Source of the DNA: Antechinus flavipes
Taxonomy: Eukaryota
Assembly (NCBI RefSeq): GCF_016432865.1
Contig: NC_067399.1
Coordinates: 514,042,001 to 514,106,000 of the forward strand
Direction: 5' to 3'
Length of the DNA: 64,000 bases
Under the pieces are notes generated by a model that saw nothing but the letters and a program-made list of their open reading frames with translations, ran no database searches and was not told where the DNA came from. A program made the translations under genes and the position numbers. Positions within the stretch are counted from its first letter, which is position 1, and each line of letters begins with the position of its first letter. Positions 35,612 to 49,599 of the stretch are shown one piece after another.

Positions 35612-38600
35612 TAGGCTTTAATTCAGTGAGGATGGTCTTATCCGTCTCCTGAATTTATTCTATATGCCTCCTTAGAAGACTCTTCCTCTATTGAACTTCT
35701 TATCAAAGTCTTATCTTAAGGTCCAGTTCATATCCTCCAGCTACTCTGACTCATAGTGAGCTATTCCTTCTCTGAACTTATATTAATTATATTATATATC
35801 CTATATTATAATCTATCCCTTGATTTCATTCTGATTATTTCATATATGTTAGAGCTGCTTTTCTTAATACATATTTATTTGATTTACTTCTTTTTTCATT
35901 CCCAAAATTCCTAATATAATATTGGGCACATATACTAGAGTGACCAATAAATCCTTGTTGATTAAATAATTGTTTTCTCAGTCCCAAATCCCAAACTGTG
36001 TCCAAAAGCTCTAAGGTATACAAAGGAGGAAAACAAACTTCATCTTTCTATATTAGCATCCAGTCCTGCTTAGTCCAGATATGTATATATATATATATTT
36101 ACAAACTTTTTATATCATGAAATAGCAAAGAAGCCCAGAAAAATCTATCCTTCCCACTCAATTAGAACTAGATGAATGTATTGATTTTATTATTTTTTTT
36201 TAATGTGACAGTAACCATAGTTCATGTTAAAATCTATGTAGGTTCTATTTTTTATCTGAAGTGGCATTTGTATTTTCTCTGTTTCTTAAATTTGTAGACT
36301 TTCTATTTCTTTTCCGAATGATTTAGAATTTTTAAAAATCTCATAACAAATCTGGGCATGAATTGTAATATAGGCTATGTTGTTCACATTTGCTTAATAA
36401 ATAGCAATTGATAGTATATACCAAGATATTAGAGGTCCTAAAAATTAAGTAAGGCACAAAGAAATGTTAAGGTGAAAAGAGACAAAGAAATTAAAATCAG
36501 TTATGCTTTGTTGTGCTACTGCTCACTTGTCCTTTTTCTTGTTATGAGTTCACATACCATATACTAAGAAAAGCTTTGTCTTTGCTCTGGTGACTAAGAG
36601 AGAGAAAGTCTATAAGCTCCATTTCAAGGATTCCTAGGATGTAATTTAATTATAGTCCCATGACAGCAGAAGTCACAGTTTAAGTTTGCAAAGCTATTTC
36701 TTTTCCAAGTTTTTTTACTCCTTTGAATCTCAAGAGTTGGACAGAACCCAAGGGGAATCTTTGGTAGAAAGTTTGAGCAATGATCTTTCATCCTAATAAG
36801 ATAATGAGAATATCTTATTCCATTTTAAAAATTACTGGATTTCGGTTCCAAAGGGTCTGAGATTTCAAATGTTAGGCTTCACAGATGATTTCTTGAGTAA
36901 GAAAAAGCTGTTTAGTCGACTTTGAAAAGTTTTTTCATTTTAAGCTGCTTCTGTTCAGTACAATCCCAAATGACTTTCCTTTACTGTGAAATGAAACTTA
37001 GATTAAGACTAGGTCTGACAGTCACTCAAAAGCAGACACTGAGAGCACTTTTGAACTTTTAGTGGAGGGGAATCCCAGAGCCTGCTGAGGATTTGCCCCA
37101 GAGACTTGGGAGAGGAAATCAGATGAGAGAATTGAGATCTGGAGAGATAGGAAAGGTCAGAGAATAGTATTCTTGTGAAGAGAATTGTAGAGAAAAGAGA
37201 GATAATGACAGGTTTCTAAGGAAAGAAGAAAGGAAGGAGGATAAGAAAGGCTCTTTACTGAAGAAAGTTGATGATAAGGACTCAAATTTCAGTAGAAGAA
37301 GATTAGGTTGAATATAATTAAGAACTTCTGACATTAAAGAACAATTAATACTAAAAACATTCAATGAAAATCTGGGAGATCTCTTTCCTTGAAGGTGTTT
37401 AAGAATAGGAAAGACTCCTATCCTAGATTTAATTAGTCTTTCCTGGAAGGAAGAGGTTGGGCTTAAGCTTTATGATCATGTCTTATCTAAATTTTTGTAC
37501 ATTGCCCATCAGTGTTTTGAACAACATGTGTACAAAATAAATATATGTTCTGTGAATGAACTAGATTTCTAAAGGTTTCTTTCAGTTCTAGGATTCTCTA
37601 ATGGTAATGTGCTAGCTACTCAAACATTATGAAGCCCCAGAAAATATCAAAATGCAAACTGATATAACAAAAGGATTTTAAAATAACTTATATTAGGCAG
37701 TGTAGTTTAGTGGACAGTTGACTTCAAACTCAGGAAGACCTTGGTTTGAGCCCAACTTTGACAGATAATGGCTGTGGAATTGAACCCAAGAAAAGCCAGT
37801 TTCGATATCCTGATCATCCCTCAAAAAAGTAGGGGACAGAGAAGGTGCTTATCTGCAATGGTAGAAGAAGTTTCAGGAAGAACTAAATCAATAAACCAAT
37901 TATTCCATTGCATTCATGGGAGATTGGCAAGTGTAGGTATCTTCTTAATAAAGAAGGAAACTGAAGCACAAAGAAAGGAGCAGCTTGTCAAAGATCAGAT
38001 AATGTGGGGGCTCAGAATATAGATCCCTGGTTTTCACCAAGCATTAATCTCTCCTGCACATGAGGGAGAATCCAGATTCCCATTCTCCTAGTTTGTCCAC
38101 CAGCTAGGCTTTCTCTTCATGAAACTGTAAGAAAAAACATTCTATGAGCCACAGCCCACAGAGCTACTACACTCTTGAGAGCTTAGTGCTTCAAAAGCTA
38201 ACTTATATTTTATATGAGGACAAGCTTGCTCCTTAAGCAGCAACTGTTTAAGAGAAACATTGATGGCAGAATAGTAGCAACAGCAGAAATCCCTTTAGCA
38301 AAACCTTCACAATCTGGGTGGGAGGGGGTATATGTGTGTATGTATTTAAGTGTAGTACTCATTCCTGGTTCTGTGATACCATTATGTCTTCAATAATCAA
38401 CAGGAATGTAGTAACACTTCCCCCAAACTTTCACAAAACAAAATTAATTTTAAATTTTTTTGAAGCATGTTCCATAACACTTGTAGGAGGCATAAAGAAC
38501 AGTGTCACAAAATCATATAGTGATAAGGGATTGCTCCAAGAAGACTGAGAATCCCTATTAGAATTTTAAAAGCATATATGTACCAGTATTCCTGCCAAGA

Positions 38601-38779
38601 AAACCCCAGATGGGATCACAAAGAATTAAACTGAAAAACAACTTAAGAACAACACAAATATGTACCTCTATATTGTTTAGGCATCATGAGGGATAGAAAG
38701 CGAAGGACACATGAATTTATTAAGTCCTTACTATATGTCAGAGACCATGCTAAATACTTTACAAATGTTATCTCATTTC

Positions 38780-39315
38780 TTTTTTCTTTTTTTTTTAAAT
38801 AACTTTTTATTGATAGAATCCATGCCAGGGTAATTTTTTACAGCATTATCCCTTGCATTCACTTCTGTTCCGATTTTTCCCCTCCCTCCCTCCCTCCCTC
38901 CCTCCACCCTCTCCCCTAGATGGCAAGCAGTCCTTTGCATGTTAAATAGGTTACAGTATATCCTAGATACAATATATGTGTGCAGAACTGAACAGTTCTC
39001 TTGTTGCACAGGGAGAATTGAATTCAGAAGGTATAAATAACCCGGGAAGAAAAACAAAAATGCAAGCAGTTTATATTCATTTCCCAGTGTTCTTTCTTTG
39101 GGTGTAGCTGCTTCTGTCCATCTTTGATCAATTAAAGCTCTCTTTATCGAAGAGACACACTTCCATCAGAATATATCCTCAAACAGTATCGTTGTTGAGG
39201 TATATAATGATCTCCTGGTTCTGCTTGTTTCACTTAGCATCAGTTCATGTAAGTCTCGCCAGTCCTCTCTGTATTCATCCTGCTGGTCATTCCTTACAGA
39301 ACAATAATATTCCAT
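38780..39315 (-). mobile_element. 5'-truncated L1 3' end with 17-bp TSD
   Basis: T-tail, L1 3'UTR motifs, TSD aaatgttatctcatttc at 38763-38779 and 39316-39332. Confidence 0.92.
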
Positions 39316-42300
39316 AAATGTTATCTCATTTCATAGAGAACTAGAAAATGCAACTGAAGCACGAGAGGCAATGTAGGTGTGCATAGAACAAAGAAAAAGT
39401 AATCAAGAAGCCCTTTCTGATGTTGCAGGAAAACCACAGTAAAATAAAGTAAGAATTTGGAATATAGCTATCACCCAGCAAAGAGGCTAGGGATTAGTTG
39501 GCTCAAACTCTGACCCACATATTAGGAGGTTTTCCCCCTTGAAAAGTGCTTGCAAATTTAGGGTGATGTTTAATCTGTGTTGCTCAATTTAAATGCTTCA
39601 CTGCCTTCTTTTTCTTTTTTCTTTTTTTTTTTTTGAGCTAAAACATCCATTTATTTAATAGCAGTAATAATTTAAAATTATAAAACTCTTTCCATTGTTG
39701 AGCATTAGAGGGCAAGGTTATAAAAACAGAATGATGGGGGAGAGGACAGCTGAAGGGGGAGTAGACAGTTCTTATGTTGGATGGCAATGAAACAGCCACA
39801 TTCCCCTGACTTCCCACCTAGGAACATTATCTATATTCCTTTTGAGAGGATTACAAAGGTGGAGGAGGTGGGATGGGGTGGGGGTGGAAAGGGGGTTGGG
39901 GAGAAAAAGGAAAATGAAAAGCATCTCAAATCCACAGCCATAGTAATGGCCTAGCCACAGCCATCCTTTATTTCACCCGACTGGTGCTACCTGCTAGGAT
40001 CCAGCCTCACAAAACGCAGTCAATGTGACCTAGGGAGTGGTCACCATCAATTGGCAGGAGAGACAGAACTTCTTTGGAACCATCAGCTGAGTTGGGGGCT
40101 GGTGGGTAGAGGGGGAAGGTGTCTAAAGGCCTTTGGTGTTTCCAAAGTTGGTTAAAAAAAAAAAATAGGAAAAAAAAAAAAAAAAGGGGGCTGGGGTCTT
40201 GGAAGTCTCTTCCACACCCTTCCCTATGGCCTCTTTTTCTAAAAGAAAAATATCCTCAAGACCTGAGGGAGACTGGAGGATTATCAGTCATCTTACACAA
40301 TGGAACAGTTTGATGATCAAACATTTTATGCTAATACATAAGAGATAAGTTGCAGTAAATGAAAGGATGCATGTATCATTCAATAGTTGGGATGCTTGGG
40401 ATTCCCCAAGGTTTCCTGGGTAGTGATATAACTGGAGTAGGGCAGAAAACCCAGCCATATTAGAACACAGACTATACTCCCTTAATTAACATGTTTCTCT
40501 TTTAGCTTTCACATGTTACCCCGAAGTCTGTATATCTCGCCTCTTAAGAACACCAATAATTCTCATTTTTTTTTCTCTCTGGGCATGGCACAGTCATCCC
40601 AACACTCCATCTCCAATGTATCCAACTCTGATCTATACACTTCCCCTCTCCCATCACTCTACCACCCCCATGACGGAGTAGATTTGGGAAAGATGGGAGT
40701 GGCAATGGGCCCAGGGTACAAGAAAGGTACCAGACAAGGGTTTACTTGTTAATTACTTGTCCTCATGCCCGTGAAAAAATAAATCTAGATCTAAAAATAT
40801 GAAAGTACTGGATAGATGATGTCGTTTCTTACAGAATTTGACCTTTATTTTTAAAGGAAGAGGCTTCCACATACTTTATTCTGTAGATCACAGTAAGAGT
40901 AAGAAAATCATTATGGGAGAGCTCAGATTTTTCCAGTTTTGGACAGTTTTGAACAGACAGTGTAGACAGAAAGGCATTCTTAGAAATGTTTGCCACTCTA
41001 ATAGTGTGGGAACAGTACAGAGGAAGGCACGAGACCATCAGATAGAGCTGGGAAAATGATCTCTCTCAGGGGAAACATGTTTCACTCTATATTCGTAACT
41101 GGCTGCTTCTTTCCTGCCTATTTCAGGGTTTTCTGTCCTTCTCAGTCTCCTTTTCCTCTCCCTTTTTTGCACACAGTTCAGCTGCGTCCATCAATGTCTT
41201 CATCCATCTTTCTGTCTCTTCCACCTTCACATTCCCCTGTCCAGTCAGCTCAGTCACATACTAGCTCTCATCATTCCTGACTCCCCCCACCCTCATTTCA
41301 TTCTCCCTTTCTGTATCTCTTATCTCATCATTTCTCTTTTGATTTCTCTATTGCTTGATCTCTTCTACCTCATTTGTTTCCCTGCTTTTGTATCTGCTTT
41401 TCAAGTGTCCCACAGCTGGCAATAACCTTTTCTGGTTACAAAGATCATAAGCTGCTTTATTGATTGATTGGTTTTTATTTAAATTCTGCAGAGGAAAATA
41501 AAAAGAATTTTACAAAATTAGAGTGCAAGAGAGAACACAAAAAGAAAGGATAAGAGAAGAAAAAAGTCCAAGGAGAACCAATGAAAAGGACAAGATGGGC
41601 CATGATAATGTTTCCTATTAAAGTAGGGCAAGCCTTCAATGATGTTTACAATTCAAATGCATCATAAAGGGTTAAGCACCAGTTTTTGTTTGGCACTTAA
41701 CTTGGCAGGGCAAAAGCTTCAGGGAGAATCAAGTTGGGTTAAATAAATCCAAGAAGCTGACATAGCTGGAATTTCTTCTGCTTGACCCACTAACAACTGC
41801 AAATGGGACATTTTAGAAATGGCTTTCACTGAAATGCTTCAAGGAGGCTTAGCCCCAGGATCTGAGAGCTTGGCTCTGAGGCCAACATTAGCTAGAGAAG
41901 AGAGAGGGATGTAGGGACAAGGACAGACCAACCTGACTGGATGGGGGAGGAGAGAAAGGGTCTTGGACCTGGTGGGAGGGTACAGGCAGTCGCTGATCCA
42001 GCACAGATCCGACTGCTGTGTTTGCTCCCTCCTCCTGCCCTCTATAATTAAACCTTTCCCATCACAATCCCTGCTTCCTGAGGGGAAACTAGATAAAATA
42101 AAAATTTAAAAAAAAAAAAAGCAGCAGAGATGTTTCATTTGTGGGTTATTATTTGTGGGTTAGGAGAAAAAGATAAAGAACTTAAATAACATTTTTTTTT
42201 GGTTGATAATGGATGCTTACTAGCAGGATTCCTAATCTCAGCAGTACCCCTCAAAAGGGATGATCAGTCATTGCTTTTATCCCCAACTCCCACCTTTTAC

Positions 42301-43619
42301 CTCTCCCATCAAAATAATTTTCTTCTACCTTTCTCTCTATCCCTCTTCTTACTCCTCTACCCCAATAAGTCCAATGGAATCCTTAGCTTCAAGTAAATTG
42401 TTTCAGTTTTTTTTTTTTTTTAAATTTCCCCTCAAACAAGGTGACCTTTCACCATCCCAAATGGTCTTGACAAGTTTCTCTTTGCTAGCTGAGGATACCA
42501 AGACGCTGCCCTCCAAGTTTTGCTCAAAAAAGGAATATTCAGTAACTATGGCACTTCTGTCCTTGTTTTAACTGTTTTGGTCCTTTCCTCTGGATTTCCT
42601 ACAAATATCTGTGGTGTTGCTTTGTTCCTTATGGTTTTTGCTGCTAAGCCTAAACTGGTATAGGTGGTTACATTATTTAACCTCCTCTGCCTTCTTTTTC
42701 CTTTCAGGCCTTTCTTCCAAGAGAGAAGGTGAAGAACTTCCAGGCTCTCTCTGCTCTCTGCCTAATGAGATTGGCCCCATTATATGTTCCGAGGAGCTAA
42801 GGTTTGGTGTTACTGAACCAGAGGAAGGAGGGAAAGTTATCAGTTGTCATTTGATGAGCCTAGTTGCTTTGTCGCTGGGGAACAGCAGTGAGAAATTAAT
42901 CTTCCAGCTATTTAAGGCAATTTCCTTTCCATCATCCTTTGTCAAAAGGCCTGCGCTGGGAAATGGATCTGATGGGAGTTCCTGAACTGGTACATTCCAT
43001 CCAACAATGTTACCCAAGTGCTGAGCAGCATCCATCATCCCCATGCAAACTGCGGCATAGGACATTGCCATGAGATGATGCTCCCCAAATACATAGCTGC
43101 AAAACAAAGTTATCATTGAGCCAATATATGGGCATATATTTAGAGGCCTTTGTGTCTCTTACTGTTCCTTTTCTTTCAGATTTCCTACTATACCTCTATC
43201 TATATAAATTTGCTCCTTCCACTAAAAACATGTTTGCAAAGAAATAGGAACACTGCAGGAAAGAATATAGGACTCCAGATTATGGCTTTTCCAGCCTCAA
43301 ATCCCAAGATTTTATGGTGCCAGATTATCCAATAGGCATGTGCCCACTAGGGTCTTCCACTGAAAAAAAAGGTTAATCTTGATACTTCTCCAGTTACAGG
43401 GTTTCCCTTGGTTAGTGTAGAGAAGGTGTGGAGAGGTGGGAGTGAAGAAAGGTCAGTCAGGTTGTACCTCTACAATATTCACAAGAGCCAGGACTGGGGA
43501 AAAAACAGAAGGGATTGTCTTATTTCTTTATTGTTTGTCAAGCCTTTCAGATAATTAAAAAAATTGTAAAATAGAATGATCTTACAATATTTAAAAATGA
43601 ACTCTTGCAATGACTATTA

Positions 43620-45192
43620 TAATCTAACCCCAAAACTCCAGCTTTTAGGATAAAAACTTACTATATGACAAAAACTGCTGGGAAAATTAGAAACTAGCAT
43701 GGCAAAAACTAGGCACTGTCCCACACCTAACACCCAAGATAAGGTCAAAATGGGTTCATGATTTAGACATAAAGAGTGACAGTACAAGCAAATTAGAAGA
43801 ATAAAGTATAGTTTATCTCTCAGATCTGTGGAGAAGGAACACATTTGTGGCCAAAGAACTGGAAATCATTATTGAACACCAAATATATAATTTTGATTAT
43901 ATTAAGTTAAAAAGTTTTTGTACAAACAAAACTAATACAGACAAGAAAGGAAGCAATAAATTGGAAAACATTTTTACATTCAAAAGTTCTTATAAGGGCC
44001 TCATTTCTAAAATATAAGAGAATTAACTCAAATTTATAATAATTCAAGCCATTCTCCAACTGACAAGTGGTCAAAGGATATGAACAATTTTCAGATGAAG
44101 AAATTAAAACCATTTCAAATCATATGAAAAAATGTTCTGGGTCAGTTAGGTAGCATAGTAGATAGAGAACCAGCCCTAAAGTCAGGAGGAGCCCAGTTCA
44201 AATCTGATCTGTCACTTAACTCCAATTGTCTCTTCTAAATCACTATTGATCAGAGAAATGCAAATTAAGACAACTCTAAGATACCACTACACACCTCTCA
44301 GATTGGCTAAGATGATAGGAAAAGATGACAAATGTTGAGGGGATGTGGGAAAACTGGGAGACTAATACATTATTGGTAGAGTTGTAAACTGATCCAACAG
44401 TTCTGGAGAGTAACTTGGAACTATGCTCAAAGGACCATCAAACTCTGCATACCCTTTGATCTAGCAGCGTTTCTATTAGACTTGTATCCCAAAAAAATCT
44501 TAAGGAGGGAAAGGGACCCAAAAATGTTTGTCGCAGCCCTCTTTGTAGTGCCCAGAAACTGGATACTGAGTGGATGTCCATCAATTGGAAAATGGCTGAA
44601 TAAATTGTGATATATGAATGTTATAGAATATTATTGTTCTGTAACAAACAATCAGCAGGATGACTTTGGAGAAGCCTGGAGAGACTTACAGGAATTGATG
44701 CTAAGTGAAGTGAGCAGAACCACGAGATCATTGTACAGGGCAACAAGACTATACAATGATCAATTCTAATGGACGTGGCTCTTTTCAATAATAAGATGAT
44801 TCAGACTAGTTCCAGTGATCTTGTGATGAAGAGAGTCATCTGCACCCAGAGAGAGGGCTGTGGGAACTGAGTGTGGATCACAACATAGCATTCTCACTCT
44901 TTGTTGTTGTTTGCTTGCCTTTTATTATTTTCTTTCTCATTTTTTTCCCTTTTTTTCTTGTGCAGCAAGATAACTATATAAATATGTTTGCATATATTAG
45001 ATTTAACATTTTTTTTACCATATTTAACATATATTGGATTACTTGCTATCTAGGGGAGGAGGTGGAGAGAAGGGGGGAAAATTGGAACACAAGGTTTTGC
45101 AAGGGTCAATGTTAAAAAATTATCCGTGCATATCTTTTGAAAATTAAAAAGTTTTAACAAAAAAATTTAATTTAATTAAAAAAATTAATTTA
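43620..45192 (+). mobile_element. L1 3' fragment (ORF2 C-terminal remnant plus 3'UTR)
   Basis: aaaactgctgggaaaa...gataaggtcaaaatgggttcatg... through to an A-rich tail; ORF2 frame disrupted; start approximate. Confidence 0.9.
44139..44232 (+). mobile_element. Internally deleted WSINE-like SINE nested in the L1
   Basis: gggtcagttaggtagcatagtagatagag...gttcaaatc interrupts the L1 sequence aaaatgttct|aaatcactattg. Confidence 0.7.
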
Positions 45193-47257
45193 AAGTAGGT
45201 TATTTTCTCAGAAAAGAAGAAAAATGCATTACTTTGAACATGAAATAACTGTTCATACACATACCAGTAGTCTGGGAATGACTGTAATGAAACTGCAATG
45301 AATACCTATAAAGAAATTATCTGCCTCTTTTATTGTTTTTTTTCCTTTATTTGCGTGTTTTTGAAACTGTATTTATAAAATAATGTTAATATTAAAGGGA
45401 TCATAATCTATAGTATAACTTCCCTTGCAAATTTGATATGGCCTAAAATCCATAATCTTTAAATAAATATGTTGACAAAAAAACAAAAATAAAAAAGAAG
45501 TCTTAGCATCTAGAGATATCATAGGATGACTTGCAGACTCACCAAGAACAAAACAGATACAAGCAGAAAGCTCTTTGGGACCAGAAGTCCCTGGTTTTTT
45601 TCTCTTCATCTTCAGATTCAAGGAGCAGGGGAGACACCTTGCTGATTTTCAGCATTCTTCTTTGCAGGCCCAGGGGAGTATTTTCTTCTTTACCCTATCT
45701 ACCACTGGCCAGGCATAATTCTACCCTTACCACCCCCAAAGAAAGAAAATGAATGGAAATGTGCCTTGAGCTAGAAGCAATAATTTGCTGTTCCTTCATG
45801 CCCACAGAACCCCAGGATACAACTCCTGCCAAGAGTAGCTGTAGACTTACTCCAGACCCATCCAAGCAGTTCCCCCCACTGCTAGGGGTTCCTCAGGCAC
45901 TTTTCATCAAGATGAATCTCTTTAGCAACAGTCGTTTGTTTTCCAAACTCACTTCTCCCAATCTCACTAATTCCCAATTTCCTTGCATTTGACAAATGCA
46001 ATTAACAAGCCTAGATCAGTTCCTGGCGGACAGCAGTCATCAATCAATACAGACTACACAGGGCTAAGAAAGGGGAGGAGGGAGTGAAAGAGCAATAAGG
46101 GGAGAGGAAGCAGCTGCAGTGTAGATGGATGGGGGACTTATTAGTCTTTTCTTCTAGGAGCCTTCCTTTTGGATTAATGATACTAGTGTTAGCATTCTTA
46201 CCTGGTGCTTTTCCTTCTCCCTGCTAAGTAAGCATAGGGTATTGCGCTGTTGATGTCTTCCAAGTTCACTCTAGCATAGCAAACAGAGAAAATTGCCCCA
46301 TTTCTTTGTTCTCTCCTCTCCAATTTTTTATGGTTTTTCCTTTCCTACGTCTTTTCTTATCTTTCCTACCAGAAGGCTTTGCCATCTGCTGCCATCATAG
46401 CTTGGAGACCCCCTCAGTGTTCAGTGTAATAAATCAGTCATCTCTGTTCAAAGTGGGGCCTCTTTTCCACTCAAATGCAGCTTCAGGTAGGCCCTACCCC
46501 AACCTATTCCCAAGATAGTATAACTGAGTACAACAATAGTAGCAAGCATCCTAGGGGGCCTGAGGTTAGTACCTTTATACTCAATTTATTTGTCTTATCT
46601 TTTTTTAGGGAACAAATCTACACCCCTTCTATTTTCAAAATCTAAGAACATTTACCCTTAGATTTCATTTCCCCAAATACTTTTAAGTACCAGCTCCCCT
46701 CCCCAATTGTGGGGTGAAAGCCTTCTCCTCTGCAGCCTTGCCTGGCACAGTCTCTTGCGCATCTTTCCACCTCATCAACTTTTCATTTCTTTACAAACCA
46801 CACTGGAAAGTGTCTTTCCCCTCCTCCCTGCCTCTCTTTCCTTCTCCTTTGTTATTAGTCTCCTGAGCAGGGATGTTAATGTATTCACTACACAAACCTT
46901 TCACACCACTGTTTCCTGTAATTACAGTGCATCCCTCCCACTGTCCAGGCTTGTTTGACTGTAAAGTGCTTGGAGGAGGCATGATGTGGACAAAAGACAT
47001 GGACAAAAAACATGACACTAGCTGGGGTTAAGCTATATAATGTTAATAACAAAGTAAAATGAACATTTGCTTCTGTAGCAGCTTAGTAACTAATGAGTAA
47101 CATACAGAGGTCAGTGAATAGTTGTTTTAAAAAATAATCAAGTCCTAGGCAGGGAAAAAAGCCAGGTCCCTTTCCAGTTCTGTATGGTGAACTTTGTATC
47201 CCTGGCATCAAATATCAGTCACCCCAAAAAAGCCAGAAAACAACACCTCCCCCTCCT

Positions 47258-47572
<315 letters not shown>

Positions 47573-47699
47573 TCACAGATTTGTTAAGACAATACCACCT
47601 CCCATTCTGGTTCAAACTCCCAGTCACAATTATAGCAAAGAATAACAGAAATGATCAATTGAAAAATGAGGCAAACAGGAGAAAATCACATTGAAAATC

Positions 47700-47995
47700 T
47701 TAAATACATCCCCATAAATGCAGAAAAAGCATTTGACAAAATACAGCACCTCTGCTTAATTCTTTAAAAAGCACAGGAATAAATGGAGCTTTCCTTAAAA
47801 TGCTAAATAGCATCTATTTAAAACCATTAGCAAAATTATATGTAATGGGGTAAAAAGAAGCCTTCCCAATAAGATCAGGAGTAAAACAAGGATGTCCATT
47901 ATCAACACTGAATATCAACATATTCAATATTTTACTAGAAATATTAGCTTTAGCAAAAAGAAATGGAAGGAATCAGAGTAGGCAACAAAGAATCA
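47700..47995 (+). mobile_element. Internal L1 ORF2 reverse-transcriptase fragment in PSMB5 intron 2
   Basis: Encodes remnants of AEKAFDKIQH and FPIRSGVKQGCPLS; no L1 3' end attached. Confidence 0.85.
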
Positions 47996-48760
47996 ATTAT
48001 CAAAAAAATTCTTAAATTTGGGTATCTAAGGTCTACAGAAAGCTACTTCTTCCTATCTTATAATGAAAAATAAAGACTTTTAAGTGTTCTCTCCACTTAA
48101 ATAAGCTAGCTGGTGTTTAATCAGTGACTACTCAGTGCTGAGCACTGTTTTACCAAGCACTATAAGGCAAACAAAAGTGAAGGTCCCATTATCCTTAGGG
48201 AGAATCTAACTAAGGAACCATGAAATAATTAGAGAATACTTTTAGCACTTCAAATGCATCAAGAATTCAGGGGAAAGAGAAAGAGACTGGCTGGAATGGA
48301 GTCAGAGAGAAGCATGTAGTTTAATTCCCTGCATGGTCTCAAATACTACCCTTCCTGACCAATTCAAACTTGGATTAACCTTCCTTACTCCAATTACTAG
48401 TTATTCAACTATTCAAAGCCCAGCTTTTCTAAGCTAAGTAAAAAGAGCAAAACTTTCTGTTCTCCATTTCCACAGAGGTGAGGAAAAGAATGGCTAACAG
48501 TTTTGTCAGAGAAGAAAACTTCCCTACTGGGACTGTTAAACATCACAAAGATTCCCAAATTATTCTGTGCAATCCATTATTTGAAAAATTATGAAGAATG
48601 ATTAGGAAAATGAGCAAAATATTCCCCAGAAGTTCCTTTCAGTCCGAAGAGGCTAACCAAAACCAACCAAATCAAGCGAACAATCCACATAAATCTTCTC
48701 CAGCACTTGGATCAGACTACTTGTTCTCCATCCCTATTCAGCAATCCAGGAATACTGTCA

Positions 48761-49321
<561 letters not shown>

Positions 49322-49599
49322 TCACTGGACCCACAGCAGCTGGCGACCCGCTTTTGAGTCGAGGCCACTAAGGCTCAGAGAAGTTAACTACCTTGCCGGA
49401 GGCCACACAGCTAGCTGTTCATAGAGCTCAGACCTAGGACCGATCCTCTAGCTCCAAGATCTGGGGCACTGGTCCTCTTCATAGTGACACAGCATTTTGG
49501 ATACCCCCAAGACTCTCGGGACTGCATCCTGGTGCTGCCGGCCCTCATTGCCCCAGGTTACAATCCTCCATGACCCCCCCACCTTCTACCTCGCCCCCC

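Noticed and set aside
42611-42985. 124-aa ORF with a strong plus-strand acceptor at 42708
   Set aside because: No recognisable protein similarity, no partner exons found, and the tract is low-complexity; could at most be a lncRNA exon.
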